A DNA stretch of 64,000 nucleotides from positions 672,001-736,000 of the forward strand of contig CAWHFW010000002.1 of the NCBI GenBank assembly GCA_963828735.1, in the 5' to 3' direction. Origin of the DNA: an uncultured Gemmatimonadales bacterium. Its GTDB lineage: Bacteria > Gemmatimonadota > Gemmatimonadetes > Gemmatimonadales > GWC2-71-9. The translations under genes were made by a program, and so were the position numbers. Every line of letters starts with the position of its first letter. The first letter of the stretch is position 1. The notes beneath the pieces were generated by a model that was given only the letters and a program-made list of their open reading frames with translations, did no database searches and was not told the origin of the DNA. Of the stretch, positions 23,227-33,271 are shown in pieces.

Positions 23227-23651
23227 TCAACCGGCCCGTTCAACGAGCGGCAGCAGCCGGGAGTCCTCCAAGGCGGCCAGCCGGTGCCCGAGGCCCTCGA
23301 GATAGCCTGCATTCGTCTCGAACGAACGGAGGCTCGCTGCGCTTTGATGTCGAACCAGCAATACCAGGTCCCACCGTTCCGCCGGCGGACCAATGAGATA
23401 CTCGGCTCCCTGCCCAAGGAACAGGACCTCACTCCCGGCCGCTGCGCATGGGCGACGTACCGCTCGTAGGCTTCAGCCCCGGTGATGGCTTGCGGTGGAA
23501 CCAGCGCGGGGCTCGCGAAATAGTCGGCCACCGCACGAAAGCGAAGCAGATTGAGCAGGACCACGGGGCCAGGCTGCGCTTGCGAGAAGTAGCGCCGACC
23601 TGCCTCCTGCGTGACCTCGAGAAAAGGATATAGTGGAGCATTGCTCGTCAC
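23227..23651 (-). pseudogene. DUF1330-like protein, frameshifted
   Basis: GPVVLLNLLRFR..AY.RY; C-terminal WD.VLLVRY...HR.AALEDSRLLP in another frame. Confidence 0.7.
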
Positions 23652-23756
23652 GAAGGTTCCGATCTGAAGGTGTGGTGAGTGCCCGCGGCCATCGACACGC
23701 GGATGAGCCGCAGAAGACCGGCTCTCGACTCGCCCGGCTAGGCGCGCGCGCCAAAC

Positions 23757-25103
23757 TCACAGGCGTGGTCGAAGTTGCAGGACCATGCGTCGTTCCCTCC
23801 CTCGGCGCATCACAACCAGCTGCACGGTTGCGCCAGGTTGGGAGAATCGCTCCCGAACGCCACTCAAGCCCAATCGCGCCGGTGATTCCCCGTCGATCGC
23901 CAGGAGCGAATCACCCGCCTGAATGCCTGCGACATCACCAGCGGAGCCGGGGGTGACGCTCAGCACGATAACGTCTTGAAAGGTTGCGCCGCTGGTGGCC
24001 AGCAGAAGGCCGCTCGCATCATACTCGAACGGGCCATGGGTTCGCGCGGTTGGCTCCAAGATCGCACGCCGCCTGCCATAATCGAACACGAGGTTGAAGC
24101 GACTCAGCAAGCCCATCCCTACCGTGCCGGCATCGCCGCGACGCTCGGTCTCTGCCGAATAGGCCGCAATCGGCCGTGTCACCGTGCTGCCTCCGATTGT
24201 CACGCTGTCGAGCCGGATCAGGTACGCCGCCACTTTGCCGCCAAGCGCCGCGCCCAGCGCGGGGGCCCGGGAGCTACCTCGGGCTAACTCGGTCTGCCGG
24301 ACGAATGAGCCATTCAGGCCGAGGATATCGAGGCTTCCCGTGTCCAGCTTGAGCTTGGCTGGGATCGCTCGCCCGTTCACATAGAGAAGCCCGAGGGCAA
24401 ACGGCTCATTCGCCTCGATCCACAGGGGCAGTATGTGGCCCGAGCCCGAGTACTCGAAGGTAGTGGGCGCGAACAGCTCCACGACACGTCGATCGTAGTC
24501 GATTCGCGTCACGTACTGCATCAGGAAATCGTGGCCGAGGATCCCCGCGTAGGGCAGGCCAAGCAGCGGCTCGACGTTGCGGAGGTCGATGACCGCCAGG
24601 CTCTCGGGTCGGAATATCAGCCGACCAATGTGGAGCCGGATCCCGGGAACGACGCCGACCTCCGCGTGCCCGCCAGGGACCACCAGCTCTCGGTGGGCGT
24701 AGCCCGGCAGGCGCAGGGAGTCCGCATAGCGACGGTTCACGACACTTGTCTCGAACCCAGAATCGAGCAGCCAGAGGCGAGCGGGGGCGCTGTCGCTTCC
24801 CACCGCCACGAAGACCATTCCACCCGCGCTGATCAGCGGCAGGGTGGCGAGCGGGCCCACGGAAGCCGTTGGCGGCGCATGAACGGCGGGGCTTGGTCGG
24901 CACGCGCAGATCAAAGTGAGTGTCGCGACCAACACCTGATCGCCACAGCGGCTAGCAGCACCTGATGGCATCGAGCACCTGTTCGGTACAATTGCTGATG
25001 GGGTTGGTCGCCCGACGGAATGCACGTCAGCTGAAACGACCCGAGAAACCCTGGGCCCTTCATCGGCCTCTGGGCGACTGAAGCTCACTGGCGCGTGGTC
25101 CAA
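23757..25103 (-). CDS. Aspartyl protease (tandem retropepsin-like) with PDZ domain
   Basis: LLDSG and KLDTG catalytic motifs, GILG.DF, GIQAGD PDZ; start uncertain. Confidence 0.85.
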   Translation of the reverse strand: MDHAPVSFSRPEADEGPRVSRVVSADVHSVGRPTPSAIVPNRCSMPSGAASRCGDQVLVATLTLICACRPSPAVHAPPTASVGPLATLPLISAGGMVFVAVGSDSAPARLWLLDSGFETSVVNRRYADSLRLPGYAHRELVVPGGHAEVGVVPGIRLHIGRLIFRPESLAVIDLRNVEPLLGLPYAGILGHDFLMQYVTRIDYDRRVVELFAPTTFEYSGSGHILPLWIEANEPFALGLLYVNGRAIPAKLKLDTGSLDILGLNGSFVRQTELARGSSRAPALGAALGGKVAAYLIRLDSVTIGGSTVTRPIAAYSAETERRGDAGTVGMGLLSRFNLVFDYGRRRAILEPTARTHGPFEYDASGLLLATSGATFQDVIVLSVTPGSAGDVAGIQAGDSLLAIDGESPARLGLSGVRERFSQPGATVQLVVMRRGRERRMVLQLRPRL

Positions 25104-25236
25104 CCGGAGGCGCCGTCGACGTGCTTCCGGCAGCGCAGGCCAGGGCGACGCTGACCAGTGGGGAGAGCCGACCGAAGCCTCCGACCGTTCGACGCGTATT
25201 CGTCAGAACACCGTTCTCCTTGACTTGTGCGTTGGC

Positions 25237-25377
25237 GCCTGGGGATGGCAATCAACTGCAGGCGTTCAGCCTGCCGCCCGCACGATGTCAACGCCTTTGC
25301 TTGTTGGCGGCGAGGAGCGTCGCGGCCTCAGGGAATCCCGGCCCGTCTCGGCCTGTCAGCTGCATTGCGGGTTAGGC
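25237..25377 (-). repeat. attC, R' core mutated
   Basis: GCAATCAACTGCAGGCG...GGCCTGTCAGCTGCATTGCGGGTTAGGC. Confidence 0.75.
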
Positions 25378-25759
25378 TGCTGGCCCGCGCGATCTCGTCA
25401 GCGTCAACCTGTACCGAGCTCTGGGTCAACAGCGTGTGCGTCTTGGCCGTAGCTAGCGTGATCTGCGCGGTCCCTGCCCCGATCGCCGTGACGCGGCCTG
25501 TGAGCGCATCGATGGTCGCCACCCCGGGGTGATCACTCGTCCATCGGAAATTGGCAGGCTGGGCGTCAGTCGGTAGACAGGCAGGGGCCGGCGTCAACTG
25601 CGGTTCAAGGGTGACGGCCTGACCGACCGCGAGCCTGGCAGAATCCGGGCTGATGGCGGCGAGTCGGATGTTGCACCGATCCACGCTGAGCGGCTCCGCG
25701 CTGCACGCACCCGCAAGCAACGCGGCGGCGTTCACGACGAGGCGAACATTCCGAGACAT
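25328..25759 (-). CDS. Ig-like (BIG_2) domain lipoprotein
   Basis: LAGAC lipobox; WTSD.PGVATID..TG.VTA.G.GTA.I; 3' end runs into attC. Confidence 0.75.
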   Translation of the reverse strand: MSRNVRLVVNAAALLAGACSAEPLSVDRCNIRLAAISPDSARLAVGQAVTLEPQLTPAPACLPTDAQPANFRWTSDHPGVATIDALTGRVTAIGAGTAQITLATAKTHTLLTQSSVQVDADEIARASSLTRNAADRPRRAGIP

Positions 25760-25834
25760 CGGGTCAACTCCTGGCATCCTGCAACTTGGAGAGGCCCCTC
25801 CCGGCCAACTTCCGTCACTCCCGCCTCGGGAGTT

Positions 25835-25881
25835 GCCTAACGACTTCGCATCAGCTGCAAGCGATCATGCTCACGCCCGCC
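25835..25881 (-). repeat. attC half site
   Basis: GCCTAACGACTTCGCATCAGCTGCAAGCGATC. Confidence 0.65.
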
Positions 25882-25916
25882 CTTAACCTGTTGGCTGGCG
25901 CTCCGCACTGACTCCT

Positions 25917-26252
25917 CTAGCGTTGCTTCGGAGGCAGGGAGCTAGCGTACTTCGCGGCACGATCTACCCACTTCTCGAGCTGCGCACCGGTGGCGACCCC
26001 GCTCGGTTCTACCAGCACCCAGGCCTTCATCGGACGCCCGGTCAGATCGAATACTCGCGTGTGCGGCTCCGTCAGGGCTTGGCCGGCCGCCTCAGGACCG
26101 AGGCGAGCAATCAGAGCATCGCGATGCACGCCGCAGCACATGTTGCCTTGCAGCATGAAGGTGATCCCGCCAAACATCTTCCGTTCGGCTACCCCTCTAT
26201 GCCTGCTCAGGTGTGCTCGAATGCGTGCCGCCAAGCTCTCATCGAATGCCAT
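25917..26252 (-). CDS. TfoX/Sxy N-terminal domain protein
   Basis: MAFDE.LA.RIR, E.KMFGG..FM, GRPM..WV.V. Confidence 0.88.
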   Translation of the reverse strand: MAFDESLAARIRAHLSRHRGVAERKMFGGITFMLQGNMCCGVHRDALIARLGPEAAGQALTEPHTRVFDLTGRPMKAWVLVEPSGVATGAQLEKWVDRAAKYASSLPPKQR

Positions 26253-26292
26253 CGGGCCTTTCGCTTGGTGGAAGAGGATGTCGGTGCATCCG

Positions 26293-26407
26293 ACTGCAGG
26301 CTATCACGGTCGCGCCCGCACAAACCTTCGTTCCATACCGCGCCCGAGGTGCCGCCCGTCCGCGCGCCGCGCCTCCCGGTCTATCGGCCGCATGCGCCGG
26401 GTTAGAC
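26293..26407 (-). repeat. Degenerate attC
   Basis: ACTGCAGG...CGCCCGCACAAACC...GGCCGCATGCGCCGGGTTAGAC; holds the TAA of the upstream gene. Confidence 0.65.
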
Positions 26408-27050
26408 GGCGCGTCGGAGCGCCAGGCCGCGAATATCGGCCGCAAGTTCCGGGAACTGGGCCTGATTGAACTCGTGGCCCCGACCATCCAGAACGCGCAC
26501 CGTGGCGTGCGGGAGGAGACGCCGATAGCGCTGCAGATGCTTGATCGGAACGTCGGCGTCGTCCAGGCTGTGGTATAGAAAGATCGGGGATAAGTCACGG
26601 AGGCGCACCCCAAAGTCGGGCGGTAGCGCAAACTCCGGAAAGTCCGGCCCCCAAAAAGGCATCGCGACAAGAAACAGGCCCGCCGGAGTCGGGCGCCGCA
26701 CGGTCTCCGCGAGATACTTCAGAAGCACCGAAGCTCCGAAGGAATGACCCACAAGAACAGGCCGGCGAGTCCTCCTGATCAGTTCATCGATACGGCGACC
26801 CAGGTCCAATACTGTGGGTGCTCGGGCCGGGGCATGCGCGGCGCCAGGACACGATACCCCCGCCCCAGCGTATCGCCGAGTAGCGGCTCCCAATACACTC
26901 TGCCTTGCCGCCGCCGAGGCTTTCCAGCACCATGAATCACGAGGATTCTCCGCGCCATGAGTGCAAGGTCGCTCCGTCAGCACGGGCGAGCAAGAAGTGT
27001 GTCGGCTGCATGCGCGGGGTAGCCGGCGCTCGCTCGACAGCGTGCGCGCG
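26402..27050 (-). pseudogene. RBBP9/YdeN-like alpha/beta hydrolase, 5' part disrupted
   Basis: LVGHSFGA nucleophile elbow, HS.DD..VP, GH; N-terminus out of frame. Confidence 0.7.
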
Positions 27051-27067
27051 ACCGTGGCGAGACCCAT

Positions 27068-27580
27068 CTACCGGCGCCTCAAGGTGACACGGGCGAACGG
27101 CCGCCGGACGCCCGCACTGTCATTATCCATATGCCACTGCCAGGAATCGGATGGCCGATGGTAGACGAACGTGGTGTGGAAACTGGCCGTCGCGGTGTAC
27201 CGGAAGAGAAACGGGATCGAATCGCCCGCCACGGTCCCGCGGCCAATGCCGGCCGGATCGAAGGCCGTGGCGCCCGTATTATCCATCCAGAGGCAAGCGT
27301 ACTCACCGGACCGTGGATCGCGGCCAAACAGGACGACGGCCTCATAGGCCGGCGTGCCATTGGAGGCTCGCTCGCGGGACACCTCGTGCATCTGAACGTA
27401 TTCGCGCCCGAGCACCCACTCGAACGTTACGTCATGCGTCGTTTCCCGGCGGGCGATGGTGCCTGCAAGGACCCATCGGCCGATAAGACGGTCGAACAGG
27501 GAGTCTGGCGGCAGCGCCTGAGCCTGCAGCGGAGCGGCGGCGAGTACGACGATCATGAGAACGCGAGAGCAGACCTTCAT
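27068..27580 (-). CDS. Secreted DUF1579-like beta-barrel protein
   Basis: Signal peptide; LIGRW, W.DN.G. Confidence 0.7.
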   Translation of the reverse strand: MKVCSRVLMIVVLAAAPLQAQALPPDSLFDRLIGRWVLAGTIARRETTHDVTFEWVLGREYVQMHEVSRERASNGTPAYEAVVLFGRDPRSGEYACLWMDNTGATAFDPAGIGRGTVAGDSIPFLFRYTATASFHTTFVYHRPSDSWQWHMDNDSAGVRRPFARVTLRRR

Positions 27581-27622
27581 AGCCTTCCTTGGCCCCTGCC
27601 ATGTAGGTCATGCACGTTTGCC

Positions 27623-27686
27623 ACCTAACGAACGGCGGATCAACTGCAGGCGCTCAGGCCCGCGCGCGCAAACCTGCGTTCCACAG
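27623..27686 (-). repeat. attC half site
   Basis: ACCTAACGAACGGCGGATCAACTGCAGGCG...AAACCTGCGTTCCAC. Confidence 0.65.
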
Positions 27687-27689
27687 CGC

Positions 27690-28115
27690 TCACACCGGCG
27701 CGGGTCGGGCCGCGTCCTGCCGTTCGTGGAGAAGCATCCAGGACGTGCCGAACTTGTCCCGGAGCATGGCAAAGCGAGACGCGAAAAAGGTCTCCTCCAT
27801 TTTCATGAAGATCTGACCGCCGTCGGACAGCAGAGCATAGAGGCGCTCCGCTTCCTCGGTACTGTCGACAGTGAGGGTCAGATAAGCGCTCCGCATCGGC
27901 TCGGACCCCGGAATGTCGGCTCCCATGAGCACGGTCCTGCCAATCTCGATCCGGGCGTGCAGGATGGCCTTCTTCCAATTGGCCGGCACGTTGGCCTGAT
28001 TCGGCTGTTGATCGTGCGTCATCATCATCGTGATCTTGCCGCCGAGGTGCTGCTCGTAGAAGCGGAACGCCTGCTCGCAGTCACCCGCGTAGTTGAGATA
28101 GACGTCGAGTTTCAT
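27690..28115 (-). CDS. VOC family protein (PhnB/YjdN-like)
   Basis: YLNY.G.CEQAF.FY, LMGAD, DKFG.SWM. Confidence 0.9.
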   Translation of the reverse strand: MKLDVYLNYAGDCEQAFRFYEQHLGGKITMMMTHDQQPNQANVPANWKKAILHARIEIGRTVLMGADIPGSEPMRSAYLTLTVDSTEEAERLYALLSDGGQIFMKMEETFFASRFAMLRDKFGTSWMLLHERQDAARPAPV

Positions 28116-28244
28116 CGGATCCTTCCTCATGAGACCGTTTGTCCCCAATCAGCCTAAGGAAGCTGCAGCAAGGCGACGGGTTCGGCCCGGCGAATGGCGC
28201 CTCAACGGCAGGCCCTCCGGCGTGTACCGCAGACCTACGTTCCG

Positions 28245-29426
28245 CTACCCGGGACGTCTTCCCAGCGTCTCGAGATAGAACGCCTCGACCCGACGCGCGT
28301 GTCCCCGGATGTCGAATGTCTCGCGCGCCCGCTGGATGCCCGCAGCCCGCAGGGCCGCGAGCCGGTCGGGCGACGCGGCCATGAGCTCCGACACCGCCCG
28401 GGCGATCGCCTCGGGAGTGCGCTCGGGGACGAGGAAGCCGGTCTCCGGTGAGAGCGCCTCCCGATTGCCGCGGATGTCTGTTGCGACCGGCACCACCCCG
28501 CAGGCCATCGCCTCGAACAACACCCGCGACAGCCCTTCGGTATCCTGGTGCGAGCCGCTCAACAGCACGTCGGCGGCCTGCAGCCACCGCTCGATATCGG
28601 ATTGCTGGGGCAGCACGCGCACGTCCTTCGTGATGTCCAGTGCCCGACTGCGGCGCGCGATGTCCACAATGATCGTCGGCGGGTCAGGTGTGCCGATGAC
28701 GAGCAGAAGCGGACGGGCAGGCGGAGCGTGTGCAGCGGCGAGCGCGCCCATCGCGTCCACGATGTCGAGCACGCCTTTGGCTGCCTTGACTTGCCCGACA
28801 AACAGCAGGACGAAACCGTCTACGGGGAGGTCGAGCGCGCGGCGCAGCGCTGCGCGGTCGTCGGGCGGGCGGAAGCGCGTCATGTCCGCCCCATCCCTGA
28901 TCGTCCGGTAGCGCGCCGTGACCCGCGGCGAAGCGGAGAATCGTTGCCGGGTGGCCTCGGACACGCCGATCATCCCATCGGCCAGGCGCTCCAGGATCGG
29001 GTCGAGGTGGTGTCGGGTGGTGAGGCGGACGAACCAGACCATCCTGGCCGGTGTGCCGAGCTTGGCCAGCCCACAAGTGAGGGCGTCGCGAGCTGCGTCG
29101 GGTGCGATGATGTCGATGGCACGTTCGCGCAGCAGGGCCCGGATGCGGCGGCTCGACCGCCAGACGGCGCGCAATGTGCGCGGCTTGATGTGGTGCAGCG
29201 GGATGTGCACGACAGGGCAGCCGAGGGCGGTGAGATGATCGCTCAGCTCCCCCGGGCCGGGACAGATCGCCAGGGGCTCGACCACGGCACGGTCGAGGTG
29301 CTCGATCAGCAGCGCCATGCTGCGCTGCCCGCCCATGCGCAGGTGCCGATGATGGCTCACGAAGGCTACGCGAATCGGGCGAGGCGGGCTCATCTGGGAC
29401 GCCCGATCCTGGGACGTGGCCATCAA
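28245..29426 (-). CDS. Glycosyltransferase family 4
   Basis: GGQRS, FVGQ...KG, EG...V..EAMACG.P. Confidence 0.9.
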   Translation of the reverse strand: MMATSQDRASQMSPPRPIRVAFVSHHRHLRMGGQRSMALLIEHLDRAVVEPLAICPGPGELSDHLTALGCPVVHIPLHHIKPRTLRAVWRSSRRIRALLRERAIDIIAPDAARDALTCGLAKLGTPARMVWFVRLTTRHHLDPILERLADGMIGVSEATRQRFSASPRVTARYRTIRDGADMTRFRPPDDRAALRRALDLPVDGFVLLFVGQVKAAKGVLDIVDAMGALAAAHAPPARPLLLVIGTPDPPTIIVDIARRSRALDITKDVRVLPQQSDIERWLQAADVLLSGSHQDTEGLSRVLFEAMACGVVPVATDIRGNREALSPETGFLVPERTPEAIARAVSELMAASPDRLAALRAAGIQRARETFDIRGHARRVEAFYLETLGRRPG

Positions 29427-29597
29427 GCAGGGTTCACAGACGCCCCGCCGCGGCCTTCAACAAGGCAATCCTTTGGGGAAAGGAGGTGCGAGTACTGATC
29501 ATGAACGCTCCTCCATGGAGCCGTCGCCTGGTCAGGGATTCTCGCTTTGACCGAAGCATCGTGCCGGTCCCAGGCGCCCCCACGTATGCGATGGCGC

Positions 29598-29885
29598 TCA
29601 GTCCCGGCCCTTCTTGTCCGGAACCTCGCTGCTGTCCGCGATGAGGTACGGGTCGCGCCCGGTCCGGGCGGCGGACAGAAGGATCCAGCCGATCCCAAGG
29701 TTGCCCAACCCTAGCCAGAGGCCGGAGTGAACGCGTCGCGACCAGGTGGGCCAGCTCGCGGCACCGACGCCGTGGAAGTCCAAGATGATCATGAGAACGC
29801 CGGCGCCCAGGAGTAGCGGGCCAAATATCCAAGCGAGCGCACGAAAGACGGGGTGCACTGGGCCGGGACGCAGGAATCGCAGCAC
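29598..29885 (-). CDS. Small membrane protein
   Basis: Two TM segments; GGAGG RBS. Confidence 0.65.
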   Translation of the reverse strand: MLRFLRPGPVHPVFRALAWIFGPLLLGAGVLMIILDFHGVGAASWPTWSRRVHSGLWLGLGNLGIGWILLSAARTGRDPYLIADSSEVPDKKGRD

Positions 29886-29917
29886 TCGCCCTCCGATCCT
29901 ATTCTGAACTCGCCGCG

Positions 29918-30163
29918 CTAGCCACCTATGCGCCGGTCTTCCCGTGCCTGGCTAAGTAGACGCTCTGCAAAATCGAGCCGTTCTTGTGTTTCCGCCAACT
30001 CCTGTTGGACGTCCTGGAGACTACGTTCAACCGCCTCGAGCCGCGCAGTGACCTCGGGCGATGCCGATCCTGGGAGAGTGGCACGCAAGCGAGCTATCTT
30101 GACCGCCGCGAAAGCAATAATCGCCGCGATCGGTACGAGTGGGCCAAGAAAAGCAGGGTCCAT
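29918..30163 (-). CDS. Small TM plus coiled-coil protein (ERLDFAERLL motif)
   Basis: AGGAGG RBS; TM then ELAETQERLDFAERLL. Confidence 0.75.
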   Translation of the reverse strand: MDPAFLGPLVPIAAIIAFAAVKIARLRATLPGSASPEVTARLEAVERSLQDVQQELAETQERLDFAERLLSQAREDRRIGG

Positions 30164-30193
30164 GTGGCCTTCCTCCTGAGACTCGTTTCCCCT

Positions 30194-30333
30194 GCCGAAC
30201 GACTTGCGTATCAGCCGCGCGCCTCGGGCTGGCGCTCGCACCACCCTACGTTGCGCTGACCTCCATCGGAGGTCAGCGCCCGGGCGGAGCCCGGCCTCCC
30301 GTTCGGTCCGTCGGCCGCATGCGCGGGTTAGGC
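30194..30333 (-). repeat. attC site
   Basis: GCCGAACGACTTGCGTATCAGC...GGCCGCATGCGCGGGTTAGGC, 140 bp. Confidence 0.8.
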
Positions 30334-30358
30334 CGCACGCCGGCTCGATCGCCACGCC

Positions 30359-30676
30359 CTAGGGTGCTCGATCTGGCGCGGCCAGGACTTCGTAGTGATG
30401 GACCGTGCTGTCGAACCGCACCAGGGCCGCTCGGGCCTCGGGTTCCACGACCGCGAGCTCGGGCTGATCGCCGGCGAAAGCGCGGATTGCGTCCATCGAC
30501 TCCCAGAGGGTAAGCACAAGGAACTCGATTTCCTCGAGCCCCTGACGGCGTAACAGGTACAAGCCTTTGAAACCGGGCAGCTGCTCGAGCTTCGGCCGGA
30601 CCGTTTGAAGCAAATGCTTGGGGTATGTTTCTCCCGCTGTAACCGCCCCATACCCACGCCACGCTCGCACGACCAT
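30359..30676 (-). CDS. Antibiotic biosynthesis monooxygenase (ABM)-like protein
   Basis: R.W.G, PGF.G, EF.V.T.WES..AI.AFAG, V.HYEV. Confidence 0.85.
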   Translation of the reverse strand: MVVRAWRGYGAVTAGETYPKHLLQTVRPKLEQLPGFKGLYLLRRQGLEEIEFLVLTLWESMDAIRAFAGDQPELAVVEPEARAALVRFDSTVHHYEVLAAPDRAP

Positions 30677-30742
30677 ACGGCTCCCAGAAGATCAATCAGG
30701 CGACTCTCGCTGCGAGCAAGGGTGACCGGGTGACGTCGGACT

Positions 30743-31357
30743 TCACCGACTAGCAAGACCCGCCGGAGGGATCAGCAGCTCGAACATCCGCGCCACATCG
30801 TCCGCCGAGAGGGACTTCGGGTGCAAGGCCATCTCCTGTATCACTCCTCGGCCCACGATATTGAGCAACCGGAGAAAGCGCTCCTCGGACATCGGCAATC
30901 GTTCACCGTTCGCTTGGTTCACCTCGCGAAAGCGCGCCGCGAGGCTCGCGACCTCCTCGTCGAAGGCTTGGCGCCCGGCCTGGTCCCAGCGATCGTTCCG
31001 CGCCGCATAAATCACGTACTCCAGGTCGAGCAAGACAACCTGACGGCTCGCTCTCGTCGACGCGACCCGCTCCGCGAAGGCCTGCAGCCGCTTGGGCAGC
31101 GGGACGCCCGGCTCCAGTAACGCGTCGAAGGCGGTTTGAGGCGAGGAATTGGCCGCCGCCACCGCAGCCACCAATGCCCCCTTGCTCGGGAAGTTGGCGT
31201 ACACCGCGCCCTTGGTGAGCCCGAGCTCGGCCGCCACCGCGTCGAGCGAGGTGTCCTCGATCCCGGATCGGAGAAACATCCGGGCGGCGGTCCGGAGGAT
31301 CGCTTCCCGAGTCTCCGCCGCGCGCGCGGTCCGGGTTAAGCTCCGCTGTTTCGGCAT
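30743..31357 (-). CDS. TetR/AcrR family regulator
   Basis: TSLDAVAAELGLTKGAVYANF.SK HTH. Confidence 0.92.
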   Translation of the reverse strand: MPKQRSLTRTARAAETREAILRTAARMFLRSGIEDTSLDAVAAELGLTKGAVYANFPSKGALVAAVAAANSSPQTAFDALLEPGVPLPKRLQAFAERVASTRASRQVVLLDLEYVIYAARNDRWDQAGRQAFDEEVASLAARFREVNQANGERLPMSEERFLRLLNIVGRGVIQEMALHPKSLSADDVARMFELLIPPAGLASR

Positions 31358-31373
31358 CGGCCTCCGCCTCGGG

Positions 31374-31410
31374 TTGACATACCAACGGTATGTAATATAC
31401 TTATGGTATC
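31374..31410. promoter_or_regulatory. Divergent promoter with TetR operator palindrome
   Basis: TTGACA-16 nt-TATACT; ACATACC-AAC-GGTATGT palindrome plus an adjacent imperfect copy. Confidence 0.75.
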
Positions 31411-31457
31411 TATGCTGGGGCAACGGCTCCGGCACTCCTCGAGCCCGGAGCCAGCCC

Positions 31458-32471
31458 GTGCCTCTCGTGACCCGACTCTCGCTCGCCCTCGTTGCCGGCT
31501 CGGCAGCGATCGGTCCCATCGCGCTGGCCCAAGCCCGCCCGGCCGAGCCACGCGACTACTCCGCTCCCGCCGGCGCGCCCTATCGCGCGGAGCTCGTGGC
31601 CGTCCCGACACCGATGGGCCACACGCTCGCCGGCACGCTCACCATTCCCAAATCGGCCACCGGGACGTACCCGGTGCCGGCGGTGGTGACCATCAGCGGC
31701 ACCGGTCCCCAGGATCGGGATGAGAATTTGGGGATCGGTGACTACCGACCGTTTCGCCAGTTCGCGGACTCGCTCGGCCGCCGCGGCATCGCCGTACTGC
31801 GGATGGACGACCGAGGCGTCGGAGCGTCGACGGGCACTTTCAAGGGCGCGACTCCGATCGACTTCGTGAAAGATATCCGTGCCGGCCTGGCATATCTCCG
31901 CACCCGTTCCGAGGTCGACCCGAATCGGCTAGGGCTGCTCGGCCATAGCGAAGGCGCCATCGACGCCCCGCTGGTGGCGCTCGAAGAGCCGTCACTCAAA
32001 GCGCTGGTTCTGCTCGCCGGTCAGGCTCGCCCTCTTGGCGGCGCCGCCGAGTTCCAACTCGCCAACATGATCCGCCGCGACACGACGCTGACTCCGTCCG
32101 AGCGGGAGGCCAGGCTCGCCCATGTCCCAGCCCAGCTCGATTCTCTCGCGGCGGCAGATCCGTACATGAAGTTCATGTTCCACTACGAGCCCGCCATCGA
32201 CGCCCGCAAAGTGAGCAAACCTGCGATCCTCATTCTCACCGGTGAGACTGACCGTCAGGCCGATGCCACTCAGGTCGGTGAATGGGTCGCCGCCTTCGAG
32301 GCCGGTGGCAATCGAGACGTGACCGGTAGGATGCTTCCGGGGCTGAACCACCTCTTCATTCCCGACCCAGATGGCTTCCCGGGTGGCTACGCCACGCTTC
32401 CGCCACCACTCAGAGTGGACCCCTCGGTGGTGGGCATGGTCGCCGACTGGCTCGCTCAGAAACTTCGTTAG
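31458..32471 (+). CDS. Secreted alpha/beta hydrolase
   Basis: GTGPQDRD, DDRGVG, GHSEG, LNHLF; signal peptide. Confidence 0.9.
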   Translation: MPLVTRLSLALVAGSAAIGPIALAQARPAEPRDYSAPAGAPYRAELVAVPTPMGHTLAGTLTIPKSATGTYPVPAVVTISGTGPQDRDENLGIGDYRPFRQFADSLGRRGIAVLRMDDRGVGASTGTFKGATPIDFVKDIRAGLAYLRTRSEVDPNRLGLLGHSEGAIDAPLVALEEPSLKALVLLAGQARPLGGAAEFQLANMIRRDTTLTPSEREARLAHVPAQLDSLAAADPYMKFMFHYEPAIDARKVSKPAILILTGETDRQADATQVGEWVAAFEAGGNRDVTGRMLPGLNHLFIPDPDGFPGGYATLPPPLRVDPSVVGMVADWLAQKLR

Positions 32472-32633
32472 GCGCTCCGCGCCCGGGCCACGACTACGCA
32501 CGCCGGCGCGCGCAGCCCCCCAACGACCCGGCAGCGTCGGCACCGGGCGCCACGCGACGACACGCAGCGACCCTCCGCCCCCCTGAGCACGCCAACGACT
32601 CGGCGAATTCGGTAGCCAACCCCTTAGACCCCC

Positions 32634-32662
32634 TTGACAATAAAAGTTGTCAATGATATTGT
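32634..32662 (+). promoter_or_regulatory. Promoter/operator of ArsR-like gene, probably leaderless
   Basis: TTGACAA-TAAAAG-TTGTCAA palindrome; TTGACA-17 nt-TATTGT; ATG 6 nt downstream. Confidence 0.7.
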
Positions 32663-32668
32663 CTCCCC

Positions 32669-33271
32669 ATGCTCGACATCCAAATCATCGATGATCCGGC
32701 GGCGGCCACGGTGGCCTTGGAGCCGATGCGAAGCCGACTCCTCTCCGAGCTGGCCGCGCCCGCCTCGGCGGCGACGTTGGCCACGCGAGTCGGCTTGGCC
32801 CGGCAGAAGGTCAACTACCACCTGCATGCGCTGGAGGCGCACGGGCTGGTGCGGCTGGCCGAGGAACGCAAGTGGGGCGGGCTGACGGAACGGCTGCTCG
32901 TTGCGACGGCCGCTTCCTACGTCGTTTCGCCGGGCGCCTTGGGCCCGGTCGCCGTCGACCCGAATCGGGAAGTCGACCGGCTGTCCGCGAGTTATCTCAT
33001 CGCCCTGGGCGCTCGGGTCGTCCGCGAAGTGGGCGACCTCGTTCGTCGCGCGAAAGAGGCGGGCAAACGCCTGGCGACGCTGGCGGTGGATACCGAGGTT
33101 CGCTTCCGGTCGGCGGCGGACCGGGCGGCTTTCAGCAAGGAGCTCACCGAAGCCATCGCGACACTCGTTTCGAAATATCACGATGCATCCGCCCCCGGTG
33201 GCCGCGCGCATCGCCTGGTCGTCATTGCGCACCCCCTACCCCAGAAATCCCAGCCCAAGGAGTTGTCATGA
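32669..33271 (+). CDS. ArsR-like winged-helix regulator
   Basis: L.P.R..LL..L..PASA..LA..VGL.RQKVNYHL. Confidence 0.9.
   Translation: MLDIQIIDDPAAATVALEPMRSRLLSELAAPASAATLATRVGLARQKVNYHLHALEAHGLVRLAEERKWGGLTERLLVATAASYVVSPGALGPVAVDPNREVDRLSASYLIALGARVVREVGDLVRRAKEAGKRLATLAVDTEVRFRSAADRAAFSKELTEAIATLVSKYHDASAPGGRAHRLVVIAHPLPQKSQPKELS

Noticed and set aside
28150..28245. Possible attC remnants here and near 9890, 14170, 23690 and 32467
   Set aside because: Too degenerate to call individually by eye; needs a covariance-model scan
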